Shown here in pieces: positions 50,617 to 63,709 of a stretch of 64,000 nt of DNA. The stretch lies in contig NC_042998.1 in NCBI RefSeq assembly GCF_006345805.1, forward strand, positions 205,158,001 to 205,222,000, written 5' to 3'. Numbering within the stretch: position 1 is the first letter of the stretch; every line of letters begins with the position of its first letter. The position numbers were made by a program, and so were the translations under genes. This stretch comes from Octopus sinensis (Eukaryota). A model generated the notes under the pieces. That model saw only the letters and a program-made list of their open reading frames with translations, searched no databases and was not told where the DNA came from.

Positions 50617-50871
50617 AAACTTGACTCTCACCAACCTCATAATAATGTTCTTCATACGTCAAAGCCAGAGAATCCAGTTCGTTCGCAGTCATTACCACCA
50701 ACATCAAACCAGACTCCTCACCAACCTCCACATTCTTCCGTTTCTACTTCGGCAGACACAATGCCTCTTGGAGACACAGCATACATCACCAGACCTTCCA
50801 CATTCCAAGAATCTTTCAGTCCACAACTTCGACATAGACAAACGCCATCAATTTCGGCCGGAACATCATGA
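50617..50871 (+). CDS. ANO8: Probable terminal ANO8 coding exon (KLDSHQPHNN...PSISAGTS*)
   Basis: Acceptor gaattttag; 84 open codons in phase 0, S/P/T-rich, TGA at 50869-50871, then non-repetitive AT-rich UTR-like sequence. Confidence 0.7.
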   Translation, partial: KLDSHQPHNNVLHTSKPENPVRSQSLPPTSNQTPHQPPHSSVSTSADTMPLGDTAYITRPSTFQESFSPQLRHRQTPSISAGTS

Positions 50872-51468
50872 AAATAACTAGAATTAAACACAAACCAATC
50901 ACCACTTCCATTTAACTTGAGGAAGAGGAAAAACTTTTGATTCATTTTCAAGAAATCATCTTTTCTTTGAAACAAACCAACAAAGATTAATTTTTTTTTT
51001 TAAATCAATATTTGTTGATTCTTTCAGTGAAATTTTAACATTTTTTCCACGAACGTTTTATGACATTTTTTTGTGATTGAAGCAAAATTGTGTGTAAGCT
51101 GTTGTTATTGGTTTTGTCTTAGCAAAACCAAATTTATCCGATATTCCCTTGTTTTTGTTTTAACCATTTTACTGAATCATGTCTTTGGGGTTTAAAGATG
51201 TTGTACTGCCAAATTGTTACGAGTTCAAACTTCAACAACTACAATCAGCGTGTTATATCCCTGGGACAAGATACATGCCTCTGCTTCCCTTTGTTTACCT
51301 GGCCATCAACAGGTTGAAGTACAAATATTTATTTGCCCAGTTCTGCCTGGCTGACAAACAGGTTCCCCATTGAGGAAGAAAACATCCAGCAATATGCAAA
51401 TGTCCCAAATTTCCCAAGACCATCTCGTCCGTGAGTGAAGTCAGGGCGAACCAAACTAAAATACTAAT

Positions 51469-51474
51469 AATAAA
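51469..51474 (+). promoter_or_regulatory. Candidate polyadenylation signal AATAAA
   Basis: AATAAA about 600 nt after the stop codon with T-rich sequence downstream; common in AT-rich DNA. Confidence 0.3.
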
Positions 51475-52714
51475 TGCTCAACTCTGAAAATATTTAAGAA
51501 ATGACAAATAATTTATTCTCCCTTAATTTATCGTTAAATTTTCAAAAATAATTATTTAATTTTTATATTTCAATTTGTAACATTTTCAAAGATAAAATAT
51601 TTGGTTTGCTGTCAAGTTTTGGTTTGCTTTCATTTCTTCCATTTCTCTCACTTTAATAATAATAATCCTTACATGTAAGGATTATTAAGTCTTTGGCAGA
51701 GCTTAAGCATGTATGTATGAATGTACACAGTTGTGTATATATATGTATCTCCACACACCTCTAATGGATGAATATACCTCAGAAGAGACAGGTATATTAT
51801 TATGTTAAACTGGGACATCATATACACACACACAACTGTCACATTGGACAACCTATTGAGGACTATAGATCAAATCTATGGCTGGTGCCAAGTTCCAGTC
51901 AAAGTGAGGGTGACATGATGGAACAGTGAAATGGGAAATATCATAAAAGCAAAAAGACAAGCCTGCAAGAATGGGGAGAGGCAGAGAAATATAGCAGAGG
52001 AGGCCAGAAGAAAAGCTAGACAGCGAGGGCAGAGGTTTGCCAGTGATCTATGGTGTGAAGACTAGAGACTCGAGGTGTTTTAGATTGTAAGGCAGTGTAT
52101 CAGAGAGGAACAAGTTGTTGTAGGAGAGAAGTGTTTACGGATGGACAGTGGTACACTTGCACTCGGGTGATTCCGAAAAGAAAGCAGTATGGAAGGGCCA
52201 CTACGAAAGGCAGCTGGATGTAGCCAATGATTAGGAAAAAGGGATTCTTCCTAATGTGGACCCAACATAAGGAGCAGCTATTCATGTCGACAGCAGCATG
52301 ATAGATGAGGCAATGAAGGATAGGAAAACACATTTCAGTTATTTGGGATAAACTTTTTCAGGTTCAAAAGATCTCTAGAAAACAAAATACACACCTGTGC
52401 AACTATATGGGTGGGTGTCATCATCATCGTTCAACATCTGCTTTCCATGCTGGCATGGGTTGGACGGGTTGACTGGGCTCTGGCAAGCCAGGAGGCCACA
52501 CCAGGCTCCAATCTGATCTGACAGTGTTTCTACAGCCGGATGCCCTTCCTAACACCAACTGCTCCAAAAGTGTAGTGGGTGCTTTTTACATGTCACCAGC
52601 ACAGGAGCCCGATGGGACAAGGGGACTGGCATGGACCTTGTTCAGATGGTGCTTTTTACGTGCCACTGGCATGGGGAGCCAGTCAGATGGCACTACTCTT
52701 TCGGTGAGCTGAAA

Positions 52715-55700
52715 GATAATCTTAGTAAATCAAAGAGGTTTAATTAGTTAACGAAAGAAATCACAACATTGTGGAAGATTGCAAACATGGACAAGTCCCA
52801 CAAAGCAAGAAACATGTTGCCAGAGTTGAAGGAAATGAGTGAGAAGGGAATTGCAAAAAAGGAATTTCAAATTGAAACATCCATCACACTTTGAAGAATT
52901 ATCATTAGAAAAATGACATTCCAAGAATAGTCCAGACTCTCAATGAAGATGATCTGGACCGAAGAGTGGAGTTTTGCAAGTGGAACTTGACAAGATGTGT
53001 AGATGCACACTTTCTCATGAAAAAAATGTTTGGAGTGATGAAGCTATATTCAAATTAAAAAGGCTCAATTAGCTGCCACAATTATTAGACCCACAGATAT
53101 TCAGGAAGATCGTTTCTAGGAATCCCTTCTGCAGACTACCTCAAAGATGACAAACAAGGACATTTTCATCATGGCAGGACTTCAATGACTATGTTGGAAA
53201 ACACTCCGATGGTTTTCACAGCATGCATGGAGGCTATAGAAGTGAGGAGGGAACAGGACTACTGGAGTTCTTTTCTACTCTAGGCACAAGGCCCGAAATT
53301 TTGGAGGAGGGGGCCAGTCAATTAGATCGACTCCAGTACACAACTGGTATTTAATTTATCGATCCCGAAAAGATGAAAGGCAAAGTCGAACTCAGAATGT
53401 AAAGACAGACAAAATACCTATTTCTTTACTACCCACAAAGGGCTAAACACAGAGAGGACAAACAAGGACAGACAAACGGATTAAGTCAATTACATCGACC
53501 CCAGTGTGTAATTGGTACGTATTTAATCGACCCTGAAAGGATGAAAGACAAAGTTGACCTTGGCGGAATTTGAACTCAGAACGTAGCAGCAGGCGAAATA
53601 CCGCTAAGCATTTCACCTGGTGTGCTAACGTCTCTGCCAGCTTGCTGCCTTAGGGATGCTGGAGTTCTGTGATGCAAATGACTTAATGGTTTACAACATC
53701 AACTTCAGGAAACCTGCAAGCCACCTGATCAAAACTATCAATCAGGTAGGCAGACAGGCCACGTTGACTCCATCCTCACTGGAAACAGGGACAGGTGTAT
53801 GCTCATGAATTTAAAGTCTCTCCCAAGTGCAGGGTGTACAACTCAACATAGATTAGGAGTGAGCGACTTTGGACTTAAGGCTCAAAGGATCCTGAGACAC
53901 TGATATGAAAAAGGAGGCTCTAGAAGCTCAAGGATCCTTCAAATAGGCAGAGATTTAAAGATGTCCTTGACGAAGCCTTTGATGAGAAGGAGGTAGAGAT
54001 GGTGACATATGAACAATCTACTGAGGGTGACAGACCAAATCTGTGGTTGAAGCAAAGCTTCTAGCAGACCAAGGGTGACATGGTGGTGGAACAGTGAAGT
54101 AGACAGGGCTATAAAAGAAAAGAAATGGGCCTGGGAAGAGTAGGAGTAGCAAAGAGCCATATCAGATAGCCAAAAGAGAAACTAGGTGTCAGGTATATGA
54201 AGTTTGGAGAGAATCAGAAAGGAAGAGGTTTGCCAATGTCTTACAGCATGAAGGTCAGAGACTGACAGGGTTCTGGATTGTCAGAGAGAAAGAATCGAGA
54301 TGTTGGGGAGAGAAGTGTGTACAGACAGATGATGGTATGCTTGCTCTTAGTGATCCTGAAAAGAGAGAGGCATGGAAGAGCTCCCGTGAAAGACTATGAA
54401 ATAGGGAACATGAATGGGGGGGGGGAGTCTTCCTCATGTGAATCCGACAGAGGGACCAGCTATCCTGGTTGATAGTAAAATGATAGAGAAGGCAATTAAA
54501 GATGTGAAGACAAAGAAGCCTGTCAGGAGTCTGTGCCAAGATGCTCAAGACATCTGATAGAGTTGGATACAATCCAGTCACCTGTATAGTTATTCAGGGT
54601 ATTCAGGAAGGTGGAATCCCCAGTGACTGATGCAGCAACAACATAGTCAACTGCTGCAAGGGCAAGGGAGATACCTTAGATAAAAGTAATGACAGAGGCA
54701 TCGAATTACTGGACCAAATTATGAAAGTTGCAGAAGAGTTATAGTGCAATTAATTGGGAACAGAATTAAGACTAGATGAAATGCAGTTTGGCTTTGTGCC
54801 AGGCTGAAGCACCATGGATACCATTTCCATAATTAGGCAACTGTAAGAGAAATATTTAGCTCAGAACAAGCTGTTGTACTTGGCGTTGATCTAGAGAAAG
54901 CCTTTGACAGAGGACCCCACTCTGTAATACATTGTGGTCTCTGAGGAAGCTAGGAGTAGATGAATGGTTTGTGAAAGTGGTACAGGCCATGTACAGGTGT
55001 GCTGTTAGTAAGATAAAGAGTTGGCCTGGGGTACAGTGATGAATTTAGTACAGGTAGGTGTCCACCAAAGCTCAAGCTGTCCAGCCATGCCCACATGGAA
55101 AACAGATGTTAAATGTTGATAATGCTGCTTGATTGATGAATTGCATCCAGTGGGAGCCTGGAAATCTGTGTATTATAAAAAGGATTATCATGTTAATTTG
55201 TCAGGAGTTGCAGTATGGTGCAGCTTGTCATCAAAAGGACTGACAAGAGCATTCTTTGTTGACTGCATCTGGTTCCATTTAAAATTGTTATGACAAGCAT
55301 CCAAGAGAAATTTGAAGATGTGGAGTTTTATTTGCAAGATGGGGCACCTCCACACAACTATAATCATGTAAGGGCTGGCCTTGAATTGATTTTGCCAGAC
55401 AGAAGACGTTTAGTATAAAACCTTCCATATTCATTTGTCTTCTTCACCCCACGAGATTTAAAAAAATTTTTTTATGGGAATACTTAAAAGATGGTGTTTA
55501 CAGTACAAAGCAGGCAACATTTGAGGAATTGATGTCAAGCACTGAATGTGAATGCACACAAATACAGGATAAAATACCTTTCAACATTGGGGATTCCATT
55601 GCTTCGTATTATCAGCAGTTCCTGGGCCAGAACAGTCATTACTTTGGAAACAACATTCATGCAAAAATGAAACTCTTTCTGTAGATTCTATTAAATTTTG

Positions 55701-55765
55701 GAAAGGAAATGTAAATTAATAAAAGAATCATTTAATAAGTCTGTACATTTTTGGGAGACACCACA
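52715..55765 (+). mobile_element. Old mariner/Tc1-superfamily transposase split by nested RTE and SINE insertions
   Basis: DD.DRRVEFC.W and WSDEAIFKL near 52950-53060; VWC.LSSKGL, QDGAPPH and LW.YLKD.VY near 55205-55500; TIR-like end at ~55745-55763. Confidence 0.65.
53110..55075 (+). mobile_element. Degenerate RTE LINE (endonuclease remnant to RT), interrupted by a SINE at 53272-53651
   Basis: LLEFCDANDL, QFGFVPG and DLEKAFDR remnants; homologous to 59000-60200. Confidence 0.75.
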
Positions 55766-58195
55766 TCATCATCATTTGACATCCGTTTTCCATGCTGGCA
55801 TGGGTTGGATGGTTCAACATGAGCTGACCAGCTGAAGGGCTGTTCAAGATCCCTGTCTATTTTGGTGAGGTTTCTAGAGCTGGATGCCCTCCTACATACA
55901 CATATATAACAAATAAATAAATAAAACATATGCATACATACATACATCTATATGTATATATACATGCGTATATGGGTACAGAACACCAAAAACAAACGTT
56001 GAACACAATGAGAAACGAAAACATATAAAGAAAACCATGGAAATGGACTTTTTCAAACAATGAAAAAACAGAGTACAAGACATACAACACAAGGAAAATT
56101 CCCCTTCTTCAGCTGCCCCGGCTTCGACTACTCCATGTTTCGAAGGTATGGACAACAGATGTTAAATGATGATGATATATACACATACATATACACATCT
56201 TCTGTTGATGAAAAAAATCGCTCCCATACACCAGGACTTTTGAACTTTTCTGACATCTGTCTTCGTCTTTTGTTTTTCTGTAAATTTCAACCACATAATA
56301 TATTCATACATATACATACATATATACACATATATGTGAAGCATGATCTTCAAATGTTGGGGCTCACAGAAGCAATGACTAATGACCAAGCCCTTTGGCG
56401 ATTTACTGTACTTGAGAAGACTCATCAAGCCAAGTGAAATGGTAGTCATTACCATTGCTGGTATCATGTAAGTGGCACCCGTGAAATCGTTATCATAGCC
56501 ATGTCTATGGAGTACTCAGCCACTTGCATGCTAACGTCACAGCTATTCTGTTGATCCGATCAACTGGAAACTTCATTGTCATAACCGACGGAGCGCCAGT
56601 CAACATGTGACGATAGTAAACCGAGCGTCACAGTCCTGAAAGCTGCATCATTCATCTCCGAGACTGTGTCTGGCCATGGAGCAGAATGAGGATGTTGGAG
56701 AAAGCAAGGACATCCAGCCAGGGACAAATCTGCCTCGAATAAACTCCATCCGACTCGTGCAAACAGGAAAAAATGCACATCAAAACAACGATGCATCTTT
56801 TACTTGTTTCAATCATTAAGAATGTGGCCATGCTGGGGCACCACCTTGAAGAAGTTTTTAACCAAATGAATCACCCCCAATACTTATTTTTTTAAAGCCT
56901 GATACTTTATCAGTCTCTTTTGCTGAACTGCTAAGTTACAGGGATGCAAACACACCAACATCAGTTGTTATGCAGTGGTGGAGAAACACAGACACGTGAG
57001 AGAGAGGCTTCTTTCAGTTTCCATCTAGCAAATCCACTGACAAGGCTTTAGTCAGCCTGGGGCTATAGAAGAAGACACTTGCTCAAGGTTTCACTCTTTG
57101 ATAAATATGTTTTCCTCAGTGTTTTCATATTTAAAGCTTGAAAATTACTCGGCTGACATCACAGGGATTATAGACTCTACTTCCCACCAGATCCAACAAT
57201 GCCCACCCCTGTGCAAATGAATAGCAACTTCATTCCTCACTCCTCTTCTTCAGCCATGCATTAACATTATGCCACCCTGACACTGCACACAAATTCTACC
57301 CCAATTCCATGAACAGAGATCTCGAGAGTCCCCTCCACTGGAACCAGACCAATCTTGTCTCTTAACACCAAATAAACTAAAGAACGTACAAAGAAGTTAA
57401 ACTAGAGTTTTTAAGGGATTTTCTTTTGCTGTGAAACTCTAAACTATTCCCTTAGTACACTATATCAGGAGACTGTCCTGATATATTCCACTGTCTGTTG
57501 ACCATCCAGGTCAAGTTGTTTGTTTGACCGAGGTACAATTTGGCTACAACAACTAGAATAATCCACATACTATGTGTGGTAAGAAGTTTGCTTCCCAACC
57601 AGATGGTTCCAGGTTCAGTCCCACTGCATGACAAGCTGGGCAAGTGTCTTCTACTGTAGCCCCAGGCCAATTCAAAGCTTGTGAGTGGTTTTATTAGATG
57701 GAAACTGAATGAATCCTGCCATGTGTGTGTCTTTGCATCGGTGTTTGTCCACCACCACTCAACAACCAGTCTTAGTGTACATACAGCCTTTTAACTTAGT
57801 GGTTTGGCAAAAGAGGTCAATAAAAAATAGCCTCGATATTGATTTGTTTAAGTGAAACCCTTGAAAGCAGTGTCCCAGCATGGCCACAGTCAGGTAAGTG
57901 AAACAAGATATAAAAAAAATAAAGATGAGGTTAAAGAGCAGTTTCGAAACCTTTTGCTGTTGTACTTTTATTCTTCTGCGTACAAAGAGTGTCGCAATAT
58001 GCTGTGAGACCTGTTTAAAAACTTCACAGTGGGACACCGAACACCAGAGTGTAACAATTTTAGAAATAGGTCAAGCTTTCTAATAGAGGCTGTATTGTGC
58101 TTAGAAGTTAATTAAAAACACAAGCATGTAGACACGTACTCACCACTCCTATATGTATATATGTATGTGAGTGTGTATATATATATATATATATA

Positions 58196-58985
58196 CTAGC
58201 AGCATAGCCCGGCGTTGCCCGGGTATGTAAAAGCCCCTAGTAGGCAACGACTAATCCCAATCTAGTCCTTTCCCTCTAGGGAACGAAGGCGCATGTGTAG
58301 GTTGCAATGTCTTCTCTTCACTCCCAAATAACTATCAAACAGCTATCGATAATTCAACCCAACCAATTCCTACCAGGAAGAAATTATATTTGAGGCTTTA
58401 CCCCCAACACCGCCACTTCTGCTAATAGCTGCTGCAGCCTCAAGTTATTTGAACACTTTTTTTGTTTACACTTTCTTTATAACTACCACCCCAAACGTTT
58501 TACCTTAAATTTTTGACGTACCCTAAGGGTCCTCGGAGACTACTTGCAAACTCTTGGTTTATTATAAACCGCTTTTGTCGTGTGCATCAAAAAACCTTTT
58601 CCATTCGTTTGTTCAGTTTGGTCACTTTTGACTTTTTCGTTGTTGTCACTCACATTGCTGCCCGCTTTTTTGCCGTTCTTGTACATTTTTATAAATTTTG
58701 GGATACTTACCTCACGTGTTCCGAGAGTTAAAAAGATCGAGTTGCGTCCCCTGTAGAAAATGTGTTGCATATAAAAAGCTTAGATTCTCGACCCATGTTG
58801 AATTTATCGATTTTTTTTCAGAACTGGGGGAACTTTTCAAAATTTTCGCTTCGTTAGTTTTGAATTATGACATTGGGCTATGTGTGTGTCAAGTTTCATC
58901 AGAATCGGTAGAAAGCCGTGGTCAGGGTGAGGGTACAACCTGACAGACACACAGACAGACAAACTGCCGTTTATATATAGAGAGA
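58196..58985 (-). mobile_element. Non-autonomous Helitron (790 bp)
   Basis: Minus strand starts A|TCTCTCTATATATAAA and ends CTAG|T; GC hairpin cccggcgttgcccggg (58208-58223) near the 3' end; no TSD; internal GACA repeat. Confidence 0.85.
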
Positions 58986-58989
58986 TATC

Positions 58990-61730
58990 AGCATGGAGGA
59001 GAAGGGTCTGGTAGCTTAAAGATCCTGTGAATTGGACAGAGATTTAGAGACATATTACTCGAAGCCTTTGACAAAATAGACGGGGATATAGCTTCACAAG
59101 ATGTGGAAGACAACTGGCGGTTTCTACAGGACAACCTGCTGAGGGCCACTGACCAGATCTGTGGATGGTGCAAAGTCCCCTCTTGACCCAAAATAACATG
59201 GTGGTGGAACAATGTTGTTGACAGGGCTATTAGAGAAAAGAAACAGGCTTGGAAGTACTGGAAGAACAGTGGTAGCAGGGAATTGTATCAGACTGCCAGA
59301 AGGGAAGCTAGGAGGCAGGTGTATTTAGCCAGAGGGGAAGCAGATAAGAAAAAATTTGCCAATGTTCTGCATTGTGAGAAACAAAGATTTGAGGTATTTC
59401 GTGTTGCAGGACAGTGTGTGAGAGAGAATCGTGATGTCATAGGAGAGAAATGTGTCCGCATGGATGATGGCTCACTTGCACTAAACGAGAGGTTTGGAAA
59501 CGCCACTATGAAAGGTTGCTCAACAAAGAAAATGAATGAGAGAAAGAGAGTCTGCTGAATGTCAATCCAACAGCGGACCTGCTACCCGAGTTGACAGTAC
59601 TTTGGTAGATAAAGCAATTAAGAGTATGAAGACAGGGAAAGCCCCAGTCCATCAGGAATCACTGCAGAGATGCTTAAAATATCTGGCAGTGTCGGCTATA
59701 ACCTAGTCACCCGTATAGTTAACCAGGTGATACATGAAGGAGTCATACCCAATGACTGGTGTAGCAGCACCATAGTCAACTGCTACAAAGGTAAAGGTGA
59801 TGCTTTAGATACAAATAATTACAGAGGTATCAAGTTGCTGGATGAGGTAATGAAGGTCACGGAGAGGGTCATAGCCCAACTAATTAGAGAAAGAGTCAGT
59901 TTAGATGAGAAGTAGTTTGGGTTCATGCCAAGGAAAAGCACTGTTGATGCTATATTTTTGGTAAGACAGCTGCAGGAGAAATACCTAGCCAAAGATAAAC
60001 CTCTGTACCTGGCGTTTGACGACATGGAGAAAGCCTTTGATAGGGTCCTCTGATCCCTTATCTGGTGGTCAATAAAGAAACAAGGGATAGATGAATGGTT
60101 AGTGAGAGCTGTGCAAGCCATGTACAGGGACGTTGTCAGTAAGGTGAGGGTTGGCAACAAGTACAGTGAAGAATTCCGTAGGTAGGGGTCAACCAAGGTT
60201 CAATCCTCAGCCCCCTCCTATTTATCATAGTTCTCCAGGTAATAACAGAGGAATTCAAGACAGGATGCCCCTGGGAGCTCCTCTATGCTGATGACCTTGC
60301 TCTAATTGCTGAGTCACTATCAGAACTAGAGGAGAAGTTTCAGGTGTGGAAGCAAGGGTTAGAATCGAAGGGCCTTAGAGTCAACCTAGCTAAAGCCAAA
60401 GTCCTAATAAGTAGGAAGGCAGACAAACCACAAATCCCTTCAGGTAGATGGCCCTGATCGATCTGTAGAAAAGGCGTAGGTAGAAACTCTATAAGATGTA
60501 CCAAGTGTAAGCTATGGACACATAAGAGGTGCAGCAATATCAAAGGAAGGCTAACTAGGAAAATAGTTTTTGTATGTGGCAGATGCTCAGGAGCAATAAA
60601 CACTGAAAATGTGCAGAGAACAACTTCTGCCACATTTCAAGGAGAAAAACTTGATAGCTTCTGTTACCTAGGTGACCAAGTCAGTAGTGGGGGAGGGTGT
60701 GATGGAAGTGTAGCTGCTAGAATAAGAATAGCCTGGGCAAAGTTCAGAGAGCTCTTACCTCTACTGGTGACGAAGGGCCTCTCACTCAGAGTAAAAGGTA
60801 GACTGTATGACGCATGTGTATGAACAGCCATGCTACATGGCAGTGAAACATGGGCCGTGACTGCTGAGGACATGCGTAAGCTCACAAGGAATGAAGCTAG
60901 TATGCTCCGTTGGATGTGTAATGTCAGTGTGCTTACTCGACTGAGTGTAAGTACCTTGAGAGAAAAGTTGGACCTAAGAAGCATCAGATGTGGTGTGCAA
61001 GGGAGACAACTGCGCTGGTATGGTCATGTGGCAAGAATGGCTGAGGACAGCTGTGTGGAAAAGTGTCACAGCCTAGCAGTTGAGGTAGACCCAGGAAGAC
61101 CTGGGATGAAGTGGTGAAGCACAACCTTTGAACATTAGGCCTTACTGAGGCAATGACTAGTGACCGAGACCATTGAAAATATGCTGTGCTTAAGAAGACC
61201 CGGCAAGCCAAGTGAGACCATAACTTCATGGCCTATACTAGGGGTGTAACCAGCCCACTTATGCATATCTTTACTTCATTGGACACTAAACTCTGCTTGC
61301 GGAGACCTGTTGAAGCAAGTGAAATTGAAATTGAATCAGATTCAATGACTGGCACCAATGCCAGTAGAGCGCTAAGAGCACCATCCGAGTGTGATCGTTG
61401 TCAGAGCAGCTGACTGGCTTCCATGCCGGTGGCACATGAAAAGACATTTGAGCGAGGTCGTTGTCAGTACCACTGGACTGGCTCCTGTGCCAGTGGCACG
61501 TAAAAAACATCATTTGAGCATGGCCATTGCCAGTCCCGCCTGACTGGCACATAAAAGCACCCACTACACTCTCGGAGTGGTTGGCATTAGGAAGGGCATC
61601 AAGCTGTAGAAACTCTGCCACATTAGACTGGGCCTGGTGCAGCCATCTGGTTCGCCAGTCCTCAGTCAAATCATCCAACCCATGCTAGCATGGAAAGCGA
61701 ACGTTAAATGATGATGATGATGATGATGAT
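58990..61730 (+). mobile_element. 5'-truncated, degenerate RTE-clade LINE with RT, 3' UTR and (GAT)n tail
   Basis: RT motifs NYRGIKLL, FGFMPRKST, DMEKAFDRV, QGSILSPLLF, LYADDL (~60280), YLG, LRWYGHV; stops and frameshifts; ends gttaaatgatgatgat. Confidence 0.92.
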
Positions 61731-61736
61731 ATATAC

Positions 61737-61771
<35 letters not shown>

Positions 61772-62563
61772 TGTGTGTGTGTCAATGAGGTAATATTAAA
61801 TTATGCAGAATGATATTTGTAGCTGAAATATTTGTCTGACCTGAAACCACTTCTTTTTTCAATGCTTACAAACTGGGTCAGCCAACGACTCTGGTAGGAA
61901 CAGGGACACTATAACTACTGCTGCCATGTAACTATACTGCTTAGTAGCCTCACACCTTTCCCCTTCATACACACTATCTGTTTTGATTTTTCGCAAGTGA
62001 CAAAAGCATGCATATATATATATATATGTATGTATATATATATTACGTTATCAATGTGACCGCTGCCCTAACCACTGGGCCATTGTGCATCCATGCATGC
62101 ATATATATATATATATATATATCATCCTGGCCAGATAACTTTGTACCTGCTCTACAGCAACACCTTTTTCCGTCTCACCCTAACCTTTCATCATCTGACA
62201 CAAGCTCACCTCTTCCAATGCCCCTTCCCCTCTCAAAACATTTTTCTTTTGTCTTGCAAGGTACTTATTGAGCAAAAACACCTAAAAAAGCTCCAGGAGG
62301 CTCCAGCAGGGGGTGGTGGCGATCCCTGCTGTACTATTTCACCACAACTTTCTCTCACTCTTACTTCCTGTTTCTGTTGTACCTGTATTTCAATGGGCTG
62401 CCTTGTCGCTCTCTGTGTCACGCTGAATATCCCGAGAACTACGTTAAGGGTACACATGTCTGTGGAGTGCTCAGCCACTTACACGTTAATTTCACGAGCA
62501 GGCTGTTCCGTTGATTCGGATCAACCGGAACCCTTGTCATCGTAACCGACGGAGTGCTTCCAT

Positions 62564-62619
<56 letters not shown>

Positions 62620-62626
62620 TATATAT

Positions 62627-62816
62627 AGGGAGAGTTTACGAAAAAACCAAAAGACGAAGACAGGTGGTGTACAAAACAAACAGATGTATTAGTATAACAC
62701 TCAGGAATAGAAAAAGTCTTTTATGTTTCGAGTCTACGCTCTTCTACAGAAAGGGACACAGAAAAAAACAAGGAGAGAAAAAAAATATGTGTAGTGGCTA
62801 ACGATCTATCATGGCG
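62627..62816 (-). mobile_element. Second copy of the hammerhead-like short repeat
   Basis: Reverse complement reads ctttctgtagaagagcgtagactcgaaacataaaaga; TA-flanked. Confidence 0.75.
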
Positions 62817-63159
62817 ATATATATACACACACACACCCGTAGACAGATATAATTTGCTGGTGATGGTAATGGGAGAGGATATCAATAGAAATGGTAGTAG
62901 TGGTAGTAGTGGTGGTGGTGGTGGTGGTGGAGCATATTTTGATCATTGTGTGATGATTCTGAAGACGATGATGATGATGACGATAAAGGATGTGACAATC
63001 TTTTCCAGACATAAAAAGACAACATTTTAATAAAAATACACCCACACACATTTACATTGCCATTATTTTTGAATAATATAAAAATATATATAACATGTGT
63101 ATATATACTCTTAGATGTGTTTTTATAAGCATGTATATATACATATAAATAGTTAACAA

Positions 63160-63429
63160 CATTGGACACCTTTTTGAATTGCATATGCCTAACAGCCACG
63201 GACATGCTTACAAAATCAAAAAACAACACAGCACCCCGAGACTTTCCAAAAACATTTTTTCACACTCAGAATTGATGAAATATGGAATAAATTACCTGAA
63301 TCAGTTGTTTGCAGTTGGGACACTGGATCCTTCAAAATTTCCATGCTTCCTGAAATTCACCAACAGTACACCTAATGCCTTTTTTTTTTTTTTTGTAGTG
63401 CACCTGACCACTGTATACAACAATTTCAT

Positions 63430-63430
<1 letters not shown>
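63160..63430 (+). mobile_element. Older CR1-like 3' fragment of the same family
   Basis: HGHAYKIKKQ remnant and gtgcacctgaccactgtatacaacaatttcatt terminus homologous to the 9451 copy. Confidence 0.7.
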
Positions 63431-63461
<31 letters not shown>

Positions 63462-63664
63462 TATATATATGTCTTTTATACACCTGATACCCCACTACCA
63501 CCACCACTGCATACACATGCACACATGTCTATCGTGACTCCTACACTGTTCACCTTCCTGACTTTTGTACATAATTCTATGTACTGCACATGCACCTTTG
63601 ATGAGTTGCAGTGCACCTAGGCACTATACACTATTTTATTATTGTTGTTATTATTATAAATATT

Positions 63665-63709
<45 letters not shown>

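Larger units (their letters stand above)
10415..50871 (+). other. ANO8: Anoctamin-8 (TMEM16H) orthologue, gene span of identified coding exons
   Basis: Twelve GT-AG exons with compatible phases give motifs I recognise from ANO8: FGKRLL..CDVLMTFP, FFTSQERQSI, YFGVKIAMYFA, WKRRSAELAYKWGTLD, WLNDMEN, FQFVNSFLSLFYIAFYL, YEDTFEDYLEMFIQFGY..NNVIEIRSDAFKLC, AIPDIPQWV. Confidence 0.93.

Noticed and set aside
50621-50881. ORF MTLTNLIIMFF listed in the track
   Set aside because: Alternative frame over the terminal exon; the phase-0 splice selects the KLDSHQ frame.
56085-56146. Minus-strand GAAAC and CTGAAGA words in a repeat
   Set aside because: The order and helices do not assemble into a complete hammerhead in this copy.
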